DNA of 64,000 nucleotides from Nitrospirota bacterium (GTDB taxonomy: Bacteria; JACPQY01). A program made the translations under genes and the position numbers. Within the stretch, counting starts at the first letter, position 1. Each line of letters begins with the position of its first letter. Of the stretch, positions 46,617 to 54,949 are shown piece by piece. Below the pieces are notes generated by a model, which saw only the letters and a program-made list of their open reading frames with translations, did no database searches and was not told the origin of the DNA. The stretch is taken from NCBI GenBank assembly GCA_016180645.1, contig JACPAV010000014.1, positions 1 through 64,000 on the forward strand. The letters are read 5' to 3'.

Positions 46617-47813
46617 CTACCGCGGAAGTACCCTGCACACGAGCACCTTGAGGTACTGCGACTCGGGCATGGACAGGAGCACGGGATGGTCGGGGGCCTG
46701 ATTCAGCGTGGCCAGGACTTGGAGACTCACGTTCGCGCGCACAGCGGCCTCTTGGAGGACTTCTTGGAAGGTGTCGGCAAAAATGTGGTGCGAGCAGGAG
46801 GCCGTAATAACGATGCCTCCGGATTCCACGAGAGCCAGAGCTTCCGCATTGAGGCGGAGGTAGGCCTTTTTCGCGCCGGGAACTTCTTTTCGCGAGTGGG
46901 CGAAGGAGGGGGGGTCCACCACCACCCGGTCGAACTTCCGCTCCTCCCCACGCAGGCGAGCGAGAGTCTCAAACACGTCGTCTTTGATGAATTCGCAACG
47001 CTCCTGCACGCCATTGATCTCGGCATTTTTCCGGGCACGTTCAAGGGCGCGATCAGAGGCATCGATGCCGAGCACGTTTGCGGCGCCCGATTTCGCGGCC
47101 CGGATGGCGAATGCCCCCTCACAGCAAAAGAGATCGAGCACCCTTGTCCCCTGCGAGGTTCCCGCGAGGAAGGCTCGTGCTTCACGCTGGTCGTAAAAGA
47201 ATCCCGTCTTCTGACCCTCCAGGAGATCCACCTCGAACTCAGCCTCACCTTCCCGGATGAGCCGGACCGCGGGTCCGCGGCCTGCAAGAATGCCTTTCCG
47301 GCGCGGGAGGCCTTCCGCGTCGCGGAGCGAGGAGTCGTTCCTCTCAACGACGAGTTCCGGATGGAAAAGCTCCTCCAAGGCTGAAAGGATTTCCGGCGTG
47401 TGCCGGTCCATGCCGGCGGACACGGCTTGAAGGGAATAGGCTTCGCCGTAGCGATCGATGATCAGCCCCGGGAGGCCATCCGATTCGCCGTGTACGAGGC
47501 GATAGAACGGGTTCCCAGGGAGCAGGGCTTCGCGCAATCCTGCCGCCCCTCGGAGGCGATCGCGAAGAATCACATCGAAGGCCGCACCGCCATCCAGAGA
47601 AAGGATCCGAAGCGCAATGAGCGAGTGGGGGTGATAGAAAGCCGTGGCCGCGGGATGGCCCGAGGCGTCCGCGATCCGCACAATCGTCCCCGCCGCGAGC
47701 GGGGGATCGGGATGCTTGAGCTCATTCGAGTAAATCCAGGGATAGCCCTCCCGGGCATGTCGCAACGCGCGCGCGGAGACGGCCACAAGCGGAAGATCAG
47801 GTGCTGGACCCAT
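46617..47813 (-). CDS. rlmI: Class I SAM-dependent rRNA methyltransferase (RlmI-like)
   Basis: YPWIYSNE, RLVHGESDGLPGLIIDRY, GQKTGFFYDQR, VLDLF, DPPSF, ASCS, DHP..PE..YLK. Confidence 0.88.
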   Translation of the reverse strand: MGPAPDLPLVAVSARALRHAREGYPWIYSNELKHPDPPLAAGTIVRIADASGHPAATAFYHPHSLIALRILSLDGGAAFDVILRDRLRGAAGLREALLPGNPFYRLVHGESDGLPGLIIDRYGEAYSLQAVSAGMDRHTPEILSALEELFHPELVVERNDSSLRDAEGLPRRKGILAGRGPAVRLIREGEAEFEVDLLEGQKTGFFYDQREARAFLAGTSQGTRVLDLFCCEGAFAIRAAKSGAANVLGIDASDRALERARKNAEINGVQERCEFIKDDVFETLARLRGEERKFDRVVVDPPSFAHSRKEVPGAKKAYLRLNAEALALVESGGIVITASCSHHIFADTFQEVLQEAAVRANVSLQVLATLNQAPDHPVLLSMPESQYLKVLVCRVLPR

Positions 47814-47882
47814 GCAGGCGCCATTGTACCGTGAATCTCGCGTTTGTAACGATGTGGGGTGGCGGGTATACTGTGCCCTCCA

Positions 47883-49292
47883 ATGAAAAAATGGATTCTG
47901 CTGATGGGCGTGGCCGCCGCCGCTGCGGCCGTCTGGGTGATGTGGAAGCCCCTCTTTCGGGGCATGGGCAAAGGGCCTGTGGCGGAGGCGTATCTCGACT
48001 TTCAGGATATGTCCTCGCGCGATTTCTATGGCCGCGCGTTCAAGCCCCTGAAGGGGAAATACGGCAAAGACGTTTCCTTTGAAGTCGTTCCGTTCCCCAT
48101 GCCCCTCCATCCGCGGTCGCGTCGGGCGGGCGTGGCCATTGAATGCGCCCAGGAACTGGGGAAGGCGGATGTCTTTATCGATGCTCTCCTCGAGTTTTTT
48201 TCGTTTACGGAGAGCGAACTGGTCCGCGCCGCCAAGAAAGCGCAACTCCCCATCGAAACATTTTCGAAGTGCCTGGCCAAAGCCCGACGCGAAGAAAACC
48301 TGGCGAAAAAGCTGGAGGGGTATCGCAAATCGGGCATCGTCAATGTGCCGACGTTCGTCCTTGGGGACGAACGAATCACGGGGAGCCAGCCGGTCGAGGT
48401 GTACGAGCGGGCGGTGCTGAAAGTTCTCGGAAAGCCCGTTGAAGAGCTCAAGACGTACGGAGTGAAAATCGTCTACGATCCGTCGTGCGACGTCTGCGAG
48501 CACACCGCCTACATGCGAGCCCTGAAAGAGAATTTCTATCCGAGTTTGGAGTCTCAGGACGTTGACTGCTCGTCGGACGAGGGCCGGGCGCTGATGGAGT
48601 CGGCCAAGTCGAGGGCCGTTCCCCTCTACGTATTTGAAAAGGGCATCGAGGCGATCACCTCGTTCCCGCAGATCCGTCCGATTTTCGGCGACATGGCGGA
48701 GGGCTTTTACATACGCCCGGACGCCTACCGATTCACCATGCGCGTACTCGATTCTCCGAATCTGACGGGCCTCCCGGAGAAGGGGAGTCCCAAGGCGAAA
48801 GTCAGGGTGATCGAGTTCATGGATTTCCACTGCCCCCACTGCGGGCAGTTCGCGCAGAATCAGTTGCCGATTCTCGTTGAGAAGTTCGTGAAGCCGGGAA
48901 TCGCCCGGTGGTCGGTGGCCGTCTACCCGCTTGGCGCAGAGAGCGTGCCCGTGGCGCAGGCCGCGTACTGCGCGGGCGAGCAGGGGAAGTTCTGGGAGTA
49001 CCACGACCAACTGTTCAAAAGCCAAACGCATCGGCACGGGCGGGAAGATCTCCTCAAGGTTGCCACGGAGATCAAGCTGGGCATGGAGCCGTTCAAGAAA
49101 TGCCTGGATAGCCCCGCCATGCGGGAGAAAGTCCAGAAGATCTCCAAGGCCGCCGCCGAGCTGGGTGTAAACTCGACACCAACGTTTTTTGTGGGCGATC
49201 TGAGGATCAAGGGGGGCCAGTCCGTACCGGTCTTCGAGGAAGCGATCCAGCAGAAGTTGAAGGACAAGGGACCGGCCTGCAGGAAATCATGA
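47883..49292 (+). CDS. Multi-domain DsbA/thioredoxin-fold protein
   Basis: N-terminal anchor; Trx-like domain without CxxC; CDVC; C-terminal EFMDFHCPHC ... GVNSTPTF. Confidence 0.88.
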   Translation: MKKWILLMGVAAAAAAVWVMWKPLFRGMGKGPVAEAYLDFQDMSSRDFYGRAFKPLKGKYGKDVSFEVVPFPMPLHPRSRRAGVAIECAQELGKADVFIDALLEFFSFTESELVRAAKKAQLPIETFSKCLAKARREENLAKKLEGYRKSGIVNVPTFVLGDERITGSQPVEVYERAVLKVLGKPVEELKTYGVKIVYDPSCDVCEHTAYMRALKENFYPSLESQDVDCSSDEGRALMESAKSRAVPLYVFEKGIEAITSFPQIRPIFGDMAEGFYIRPDAYRFTMRVLDSPNLTGLPEKGSPKAKVRVIEFMDFHCPHCGQFAQNQLPILVEKFVKPGIARWSVAVYPLGAESVPVAQAAYCAGEQGKFWEYHDQLFKSQTHRHGREDLLKVATEIKLGMEPFKKCLDSPAMREKVQKISKAAAELGVNSTPTFFVGDLRIKGGQSVPVFEEAIQQKLKDKGPACRKS

Positions 49293-49738
49293 CCCCGGGA
49301 AACCTGCGCCTCGTTCGGTGGGGTGTTTTTGTCCTGGGTGCACTGCTGACCGCAGGGAGCTTCTCTCTGAGTCTCGTGGGCGGTTGGACGCCCTGCATCT
49401 ACTGTCTTACCTTGAGATACACCGGGCTGGTCCTGTCGGCGGCGGCGCTGGCGAATGCGATCCGTCCCCGAAGATTCCTTGGAGTGGCCGTGGTGGTCCT
49501 TTCCCTCGCCGCCCTCGGTGTGGCCGGATATCTCGTCCGCAAAGACTTCAAACGGCTTGGAATCATCAAGCCCGATCCCCTCAAAGCCCTCACGGGCGGG
49601 GATGAATCCTGCGCCCCCGGGCAGGATTGCTCAACGCCCGTTCTGGGAGGCCTGCCGGCTTCGGCCTACGCTCTGGGTGGGTTTGCGGTCCTCTTGGCGG
49701 GCTCCGTTTTGGTGACTTTCAAGACCCCAAAAGGCTGA
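49289..49738 (+). CDS. DsbB-like disulfide bond formation membrane protein
   Basis: Four TM helices; PCIYC..LR; second Cys pair C....DCS; ATGA overlap with the DsbA-like gene. Confidence 0.75.
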   Translation: MTPGNLRLVRWGVFVLGALLTAGSFSLSLVGGWTPCIYCLTLRYTGLVLSAAALANAIRPRRFLGVAVVVLSLAALGVAGYLVRKDFKRLGIIKPDPLKALTGGDESCAPGQDCSTPVLGGLPASAYALGGFAVLLAGSVLVTFKTPKG

Positions 49739-49745
49739 CAACATA

Positions 49746-49775
49746 AACGCAACGCGTTGTATTAACGCAACGCGT
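49746..49775 (+). promoter_or_regulatory. Direct repeat AACGCAACGCGT x2, candidate activator site
   Basis: Copies at 49746-49757 and 49764-49775, upstream of the sigma-54 motif. Confidence 0.45.
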
Positions 49776-49822
49776 CACGGGAAAAAGTCCTCTGTAAGTG
49801 CCCAATAGTTCGATTGTTCCGA

Positions 49823-49838
49823 TGGCACACCTATTGCG
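49823..49838 (+). promoter_or_regulatory. Sigma-54 (-24/-12) promoter motif upstream of lpxC
   Basis: TGGCAC-ACCTA-TTGCG with the canonical 10 nt between GG and GC. Confidence 0.65.
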
Positions 49839-49853
49839 GTGAATTCTAGCAGA

Positions 49854-50705
49854 ATGACGCAAAGGACCATCGGAAACAACATCGAATTGGAAGGGGCGGG
49901 TCTCCACACCGGTAGGGCCTGCCGAATTCGGGTTCGTCCTTCGGAAGCCGGCACGGGGATTCGATTCCAGAAAAAGAATGGATCGATGGGACCGGTGACG
50001 GAAGTGTCGTGGAAAAACGTATCCCATACCGAATACGCCACAACCTTGGGCACGAATGGGATTCGCTTTGCCACGATCGAGCACTTGGTCAGTGCGCTCA
50101 GCGGCCTCGGTGTAGACAACGCTCACGTTGAAGTTGAAGGTGGTGAAGTTCCCATTCTCGACGGCAGCGCGCGCCCGTTCGTGGACGCGATTCGAGCGGC
50201 GGGGATCGTGGAAATGGATGCGCCGCGAAAGACCCTCCGGGTCCTCCGTCCGGTCCATGTCGAAGCAGATGGGAAATCGGCCGGTCTGATTCCTTTCGAT
50301 GGATTCCGCGTCGAGTGCGGCATTCACTTTGAATCGCCGCTCGTTCGCCACCAAGAGTACGACATGGAAATCACCCCTTCCCGGTACGCGGACGAAATTG
50401 CTCCGGCGCGCACGTTCTGCATGCGGGCGGAAGTGGACAAACTTTGGTCCCTGGGCCTCGCGAAAGGCGGATCGCTGGCGAACTCCGTCGTCTTCGAAAA
50501 CGGCCATATCCTCAATCCGGAAGGGCTCCGCTTCAAGGATGAGCCGGTCCGGCACAAGATTCTCGACGCCGTGGGGGACATGGCCCTCGCCGGCTCTCCG
50601 ATCAGCGGCGCCTACGTGGCCTCCCGATCCGGCCACACGCTCAATCTGGCCCTCCTCCGCGAACTCTTCTCCTCTCCCGACAACTACTCTCTCGAAGAAG
50701 CCTGA
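49854..50705 (+). CDS. lpxC: UDP-3-O-acyl-N-acetylglucosamine deacetylase
   Basis: QRTI..G.GLHTG, TIEHL.SAL.GLGVDN, EVPILDGSA, IAPARTF, RHKILDAVGD, SGH.LN. Confidence 0.97.
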   Translation: MTQRTIGNNIELEGAGLHTGRACRIRVRPSEAGTGIRFQKKNGSMGPVTEVSWKNVSHTEYATTLGTNGIRFATIEHLVSALSGLGVDNAHVEVEGGEVPILDGSARPFVDAIRAAGIVEMDAPRKTLRVLRPVHVEADGKSAGLIPFDGFRVECGIHFESPLVRHQEYDMEITPSRYADEIAPARTFCMRAEVDKLWSLGLAKGGSLANSVVFENGHILNPEGLRFKDEPVRHKILDAVGDMALAGSPISGAYVASRSGHTLNLALLRELFSSPDNYSLEEA

Positions 50706-50756
50706 CCTCGGTTCCGCTAGATGTAAATTCCCGCGCCAGGGGTCTATAATCCAGCC

Positions 50757-51383
50757 ATGCGTATCCAGGCCCTTTTCCTTGCCCTGACGCTCGTGGGAGC
50801 CCAGTGGGTCCTCTACCTGCTGATCGCCCTCAGCATCGGATCGGTGGCCGTGATGGTCGATCGATGGCTCCATCTTCGAAAGCGCCTCGCCTCCGCCTTG
50901 GTTCTGCGCCGCGAGTCGCCGGCGCTCATCCGCGACGGCCACTCCAAGGACCTTGACGCGCTTTTTCGAAAGCACAATCCCGGCGTCGGAAAGGTTTTGG
51001 CCGTTGCTCTCGAAGCGTATCCCAGGGGCCGCACGGCGTTTGAAGGCGTCCTGGCCGCCGAACGATCGCAGGAGAAGGAAGCCAACGAGAAATATCTGGC
51101 CTATCTGGGGACGCTCGGAAACAACGCCCCCTTCATCGGACTCTTCGGCACGGTTCTCGGCATCATCAAGGCCTTCCATGATCTCTCCATCAGCCAGGAG
51201 GCCGGTCCGAGCGTGGTGATGGGTGGCATCGCGGAAGCCCTCGTCGCCACCGCGGTCGGACTCATGGTGGCGATCCCCGCCGTCGTCGCGTTCAACCTGT
51301 TCCAGCAGCGTTCGCGCCGCATCCTGGCGGTCATCGACGAAATCGGCAACCTCCTGGTCGCACAGATCCCCCCTCCAAAGTAA
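50757..51383 (+). CDS. exbB: MotA/TolQ/ExbB proton channel protein
   Basis: LGTLGNNAPFIGLFGTVLGII, GIAEALVATAVGLMVAIPA. Confidence 0.93.
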   Translation: MRIQALFLALTLVGAQWVLYLLIALSIGSVAVMVDRWLHLRKRLASALVLRRESPALIRDGHSKDLDALFRKHNPGVGKVLAVALEAYPRGRTAFEGVLAAERSQEKEANEKYLAYLGTLGNNAPFIGLFGTVLGIIKAFHDLSISQEAGPSVVMGGIAEALVATAVGLMVAIPAVVAFNLFQQRSRRILAVIDEIGNLLVAQIPPPK

Positions 51384-51385
51384 CT

Positions 51386-51808
51386 TTGACGGCCCCGGAA
51401 AAAGAAGACGATCTTATCACGGGCATCAACGTGACGCCGTTGGTGGATATCACGCTGGTCCTCCTCATCATCTTCATGGTCACCGCCGTCTACATCGTCG
51501 CCCCAGCCATCAAGGTCAAGCTTCCCAAAGCCGCCACTGCCGAAAGCACGCCCATCACGAGCGTCGCCCTCGTCCTCGACATCAACCGGGTGCTGTACTT
51601 CAATGGAACGCCGACGAATGAGGAGGATGTCCGCAAGATTCTGGGCGACCTCGTCCGGGAGAAGACGGACGTGCAGGCCATGATCAGCGCCGACAAGGAT
51701 GTGACACACGGCGAGGTGATTCATCTGATGGATCTCGTCCGACAACTCGGTATCACCAAGTTTGCCGTAAACGTCGAAGGCCCGCGTGTCGCTCCGGCGC
51801 CACATTAA
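51386..51808 (+). CDS. exbD: ExbD/TolR protein
   Basis: INVTPLVDITLVLLIIFMVT, ISADK.V.HG. Confidence 0.93.
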   Translation: MTAPEKEDDLITGINVTPLVDITLVLLIIFMVTAVYIVAPAIKVKLPKAATAESTPITSVALVLDINRVLYFNGTPTNEEDVRKILGDLVREKTDVQAMISADKDVTHGEVIHLMDLVRQLGITKFAVNVEGPRVAPAPH

Positions 51809-52421
51809 CCCCATCCATCTCGGGATCGGCCTCTCGCTGGCGATCCACCTCGTCGGTCTGGGCGGATTGAGCCGGATCGCGCCGGCCCTCGCGCAGTTCC
51901 TTCCCATCGAAGTCGAATTGGTGGAAGAGGAAAAGCCGCCGGACCCGCCGCCGAAACCGCCCGAACCGGAAAAGCCTCCCGAGCCGAAACCGGCCGAAGA
52001 AGTCACGGATCTTCGCGACGTGCGGGCGAGCGAGGTGCGCGACGTGTTCGGCGTCACTCCCGACTCGGTTGCCGCGGAAGGGGATTTCGAGGCGCCCATC
52101 GGTACCACGCTGATGAAAGAGCCCGAGCCCGAATACGTCCCCCTCCCGGCGGTCTCCGCTTTGCCGAGCTTCAAGACGAAAATCGAACCGGAGTACCCGG
52201 ATCAAGCGCGCCGCGCCGGCCTCGACGGCCTCGTGGTCCTTGAGGTCGGGATCGACTCGGCGGGCAGGGTGTTCGAAGTTTCGGTCGTCCAATCTGCCGG
52301 GCACGGGTTTGACGAAGCCGCCATGACGGCGATGAAGAACTCGGTGTTCTATCCCGCTCGTCGCGGAAACGAGCCGGTGGCCGTGCGCCTTCGCATCCCC
52401 GTGAGGTTCACCCTCCGGTGA
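51786..52421 (+). CDS. tonB: Energy transducer TonB
   Basis: S..IH TM motif, Pro/Glu/Lys linker, PEYP.QARRAG..G.V, FDEAA, F.PA, IPVRF. Confidence 0.9.
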   Translation: MSLRRHINPIHLGIGLSLAIHLVGLGGLSRIAPALAQFLPIEVELVEEEKPPDPPPKPPEPEKPPEPKPAEEVTDLRDVRASEVRDVFGVTPDSVAAEGDFEAPIGTTLMKEPEPEYVPLPAVSALPSFKTKIEPEYPDQARRAGLDGLVVLEVGIDSAGRVFEVSVVQSAGHGFDEAAMTAMKNSVFYPARRGNEPVAVRLRIPVRFTLR

Positions 52422-54949
52422 GGGCATCCCGGCCGTTTGTTCTCGGTATTCTGATTGCTTTTCCGTCCTTGGTCCTTGGCGCGTGGGCCGATCCCAGCGG
52501 CACTCCGTCTGAACCGGCCGGCCATGCGCGCATCGTCTTGAAGGGAAAAGTCCGGGAAAACGGGAACCGGAAGCCGATCGTGGGCGCGACGATCATGCTC
52601 ATGGGACAGGCCAACCTCACGCTTACTGAATTTTCGGATGAGCAAGGACTCTACACATTCAAGGACCTCGCGCCCGGCCCGTACCAGATCTCCGTTCTGG
52701 CCGCCTCCTACGTGGTTGAAAAGCCGCGCTCCGTCGATCTTCAACCCTCGGACGAGCCCATCGAAGTGAACTTTTTCCTGACGCTCGATGTGACCGGCGG
52801 ACTCTTCCTCGAAGTGGAACGCGAACGGGAGAAGCGATCCGTCTCCACCCAGAAGGTTCGCAAGGAGGAAATTCGCCGGGTGCCCGGCACGCTGGGCGAT
52901 CCCCTCCGCGTCATCCAGCTCCTGCCGGGCGTCACCGTGCTCAACGAGGTCTTCGCGGACCTGATCGTGCAGGGCGGGGGGCCGGACGACAACAAGATCT
53001 GGTTGGACCGTACCCCGATGGCGTTCCCTTACCACCTTCTCAACAGCTCAAGTGTGCTCTCGGGTGAGTTCGTCGAGTCCCAGGAGCTCCACGCGGCCGG
53101 GTTCGGCGTGCAGTATGGCGATGCCACGGGCGGTGTACTGGAGATCACATCCTCCGACGGAAAGGAACAAGGCATCGGGGGTCACCTCAGCGTGGTAGGC
53201 GTGCGGGCCTATGAAGCCGAGAAATTCAGCGTGGGCCGCGTGGAGGGCAGCCTCCAGGCGGGCGACCCCGCGGTGGGCTCGGTGATTGCGGCGGGGCGAT
53301 ACCTGTTCCCACCGCCGACGATTCCCGGGTTTGAACTTCCCGGGCAAGGTCCGGTCTTCCAGTTTTCGCCGGTGGGCTGGGATTATCAGAGCAAGTACAC
53401 CGGGAAAACGGGGCGAATGGGGACGTTCCGTCTTTTGAGCTATGGCGCGGTGGACGAAGAAAAACAGAACATCCACTTCGAAGGGCCGGTCCCTCAGACG
53501 GGCCAAAACCTGACGTTCGAGATCAAGTTCCTCCAGGAGAAGCAATTCCACACGCAAGGAATCCTATGGGACTTGCCGGTGGGACCCGTCACTTCACGCC
53601 TGTCCCTCTATCGGACCGAGAACGTGGACGATTTCAAGATCAGTCTCCCCCTGCTGCAACTGGAGGATTTTATCGACCGCCGGGAAGCCAATCGAGAGTT
53701 CGGAATATGGGACGATCTTGAGATCCTGGCCGGCAAGCATCAGACGATTATTCTGGGGGTCCAGGCCGAGCGGGTGAGATCGAAAATCGGGGGGGTCGCA
53801 CCGGTGTTTATCGCAGCAGGAGGAGCGCAGTTTCGCCCGCCGGAAGACGGCGCCGTACCGGGGTCCTTCGCCGGCGGCGGCGCGCCCGCCAGGCAGGAAA
53901 GTGAGAGTGAGGGTGGAGGTGAGGAGGAGGCGGAAGAGGAAGAAGAAGAGGAGGAATTCACGCCGCTCTCGTTCAAGCCGTTCAGCGTGAAAGAGACGTT
54001 CAACGCGTACGGCTTTTACCTTGCGGACAAGGTTCGCCCGGTGGAGCGGTTGACGTTGGTCCCCGGCGTGCGCCTCGATCGCTCCACTCTCGTCTGGAAG
54101 AACTCCGACGTTCACTACCGCGACGTCTTCATGCCGCGAGCCCATGGTACGTTCCAACTCTTTTCCAAGACCAAGCTCCGCGGCGGGTGGGGGATCTACC
54201 GCCGGTTCCCCGAGGCGGACCAGGCAACCGATCAGGGGCAGGTGGATCAGGATGGCAATGTGACGCGGAAGTTCGGGAACCCGTACCTGCTTCCCGAGCG
54301 GGCGGTGCACTATGTCGGGGGCGTTGAGCAGAAGCTGACGGAAGCCTTGCGCGTGGAGGCCGACGTGTTCCACAAGAAGTTGACCCGCTTGATCATGGGC
54401 GAACCGGAATCGAACGACGGCAGCGGGTATGCCGATGGCGGCCAGGTTCTGCTACGGCACGACTTGACTCGACGGTTCTTCGGCTGGGTGTCCTATTCGT
54501 ACACCAAATCGAAACGCCGGAACCTTCGCACGGGCAAACTCATTCCGACCCAGTGGGACCAGCCCCACGTCCTCAGTGTCGTCTCCAGCGTCAAGATCAC
54601 CCCGGAGTGGGAAGTCGGCGCCAGCTTCCGGTACACAAGCGGCTCTCCCGTTACACCCATTTACAACGACGAGAAGCGGGACCCTGACTTGGACGAGGAT
54701 ATCCATGCGGATGCGCTGCCTGCCGAACCCAACTCGGGGCGCATGAGGGATTTTCAGCGGCTGGATCTCAGGGTTGAGCGGAGTCTGAAGATACGATACG
54801 CCGAAATCGCTCTCTTCCTGGATGGTTTCAACGTGTTCAACCGAAAGAACGAAATCTTTCGCATTCCCTCCTTCGAAGACCCGAGCCAGTACATCCCACT
54901 CTCCACGGCCGGACTCCTGGTCTATGGAGGCGCTACGGCGAGATTCTGA
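52418..54949 (+). CDS. TonB-dependent receptor with N-terminal carboxypeptidase-regulatory-like domain
   Basis: Signal peptide; plug RRVPGTLGDPLRVIQLLPGV; YGDATGG; NP.L.PERA.H; RLDLR; C-terminal F. Confidence 0.92.
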   Translation: MRASRPFVLGILIAFPSLVLGAWADPSGTPSEPAGHARIVLKGKVRENGNRKPIVGATIMLMGQANLTLTEFSDEQGLYTFKDLAPGPYQISVLAASYVVEKPRSVDLQPSDEPIEVNFFLTLDVTGGLFLEVEREREKRSVSTQKVRKEEIRRVPGTLGDPLRVIQLLPGVTVLNEVFADLIVQGGGPDDNKIWLDRTPMAFPYHLLNSSSVLSGEFVESQELHAAGFGVQYGDATGGVLEITSSDGKEQGIGGHLSVVGVRAYEAEKFSVGRVEGSLQAGDPAVGSVIAAGRYLFPPPTIPGFELPGQGPVFQFSPVGWDYQSKYTGKTGRMGTFRLLSYGAVDEEKQNIHFEGPVPQTGQNLTFEIKFLQEKQFHTQGILWDLPVGPVTSRLSLYRTENVDDFKISLPLLQLEDFIDRREANREFGIWDDLEILAGKHQTIILGVQAERVRSKIGGVAPVFIAAGGAQFRPPEDGAVPGSFAGGGAPARQESESEGGGEEEAEEEEEEEEFTPLSFKPFSVKETFNAYGFYLADKVRPVERLTLVPGVRLDRSTLVWKNSDVHYRDVFMPRAHGTFQLFSKTKLRGGWGIYRRFPEADQATDQGQVDQDGNVTRKFGNPYLLPERAVHYVGGVEQKLTEALRVEADVFHKKLTRLIMGEPESNDGSGYADGGQVLLRHDLTRRFFGWVSYSYTKSKRRNLRTGKLIPTQWDQPHVLSVVSSVKITPEWEVGASFRYTSGSPVTPIYNDEKRDPDLDEDIHADALPAEPNSGRMRDFQRLDLRVERSLKIRYAEIALFLDGFNVFNRKNEIFRIPSFEDPSQYIPLSTAGLLVYGGATARF

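Noticed and set aside
47814-49037. N-terminal 400-aa extension of the 806-aa ORF 46617..49037
   Set aside because: It is the antisense of the DsbA-like gene; RlmI similarity starts near the ATG at 47813.
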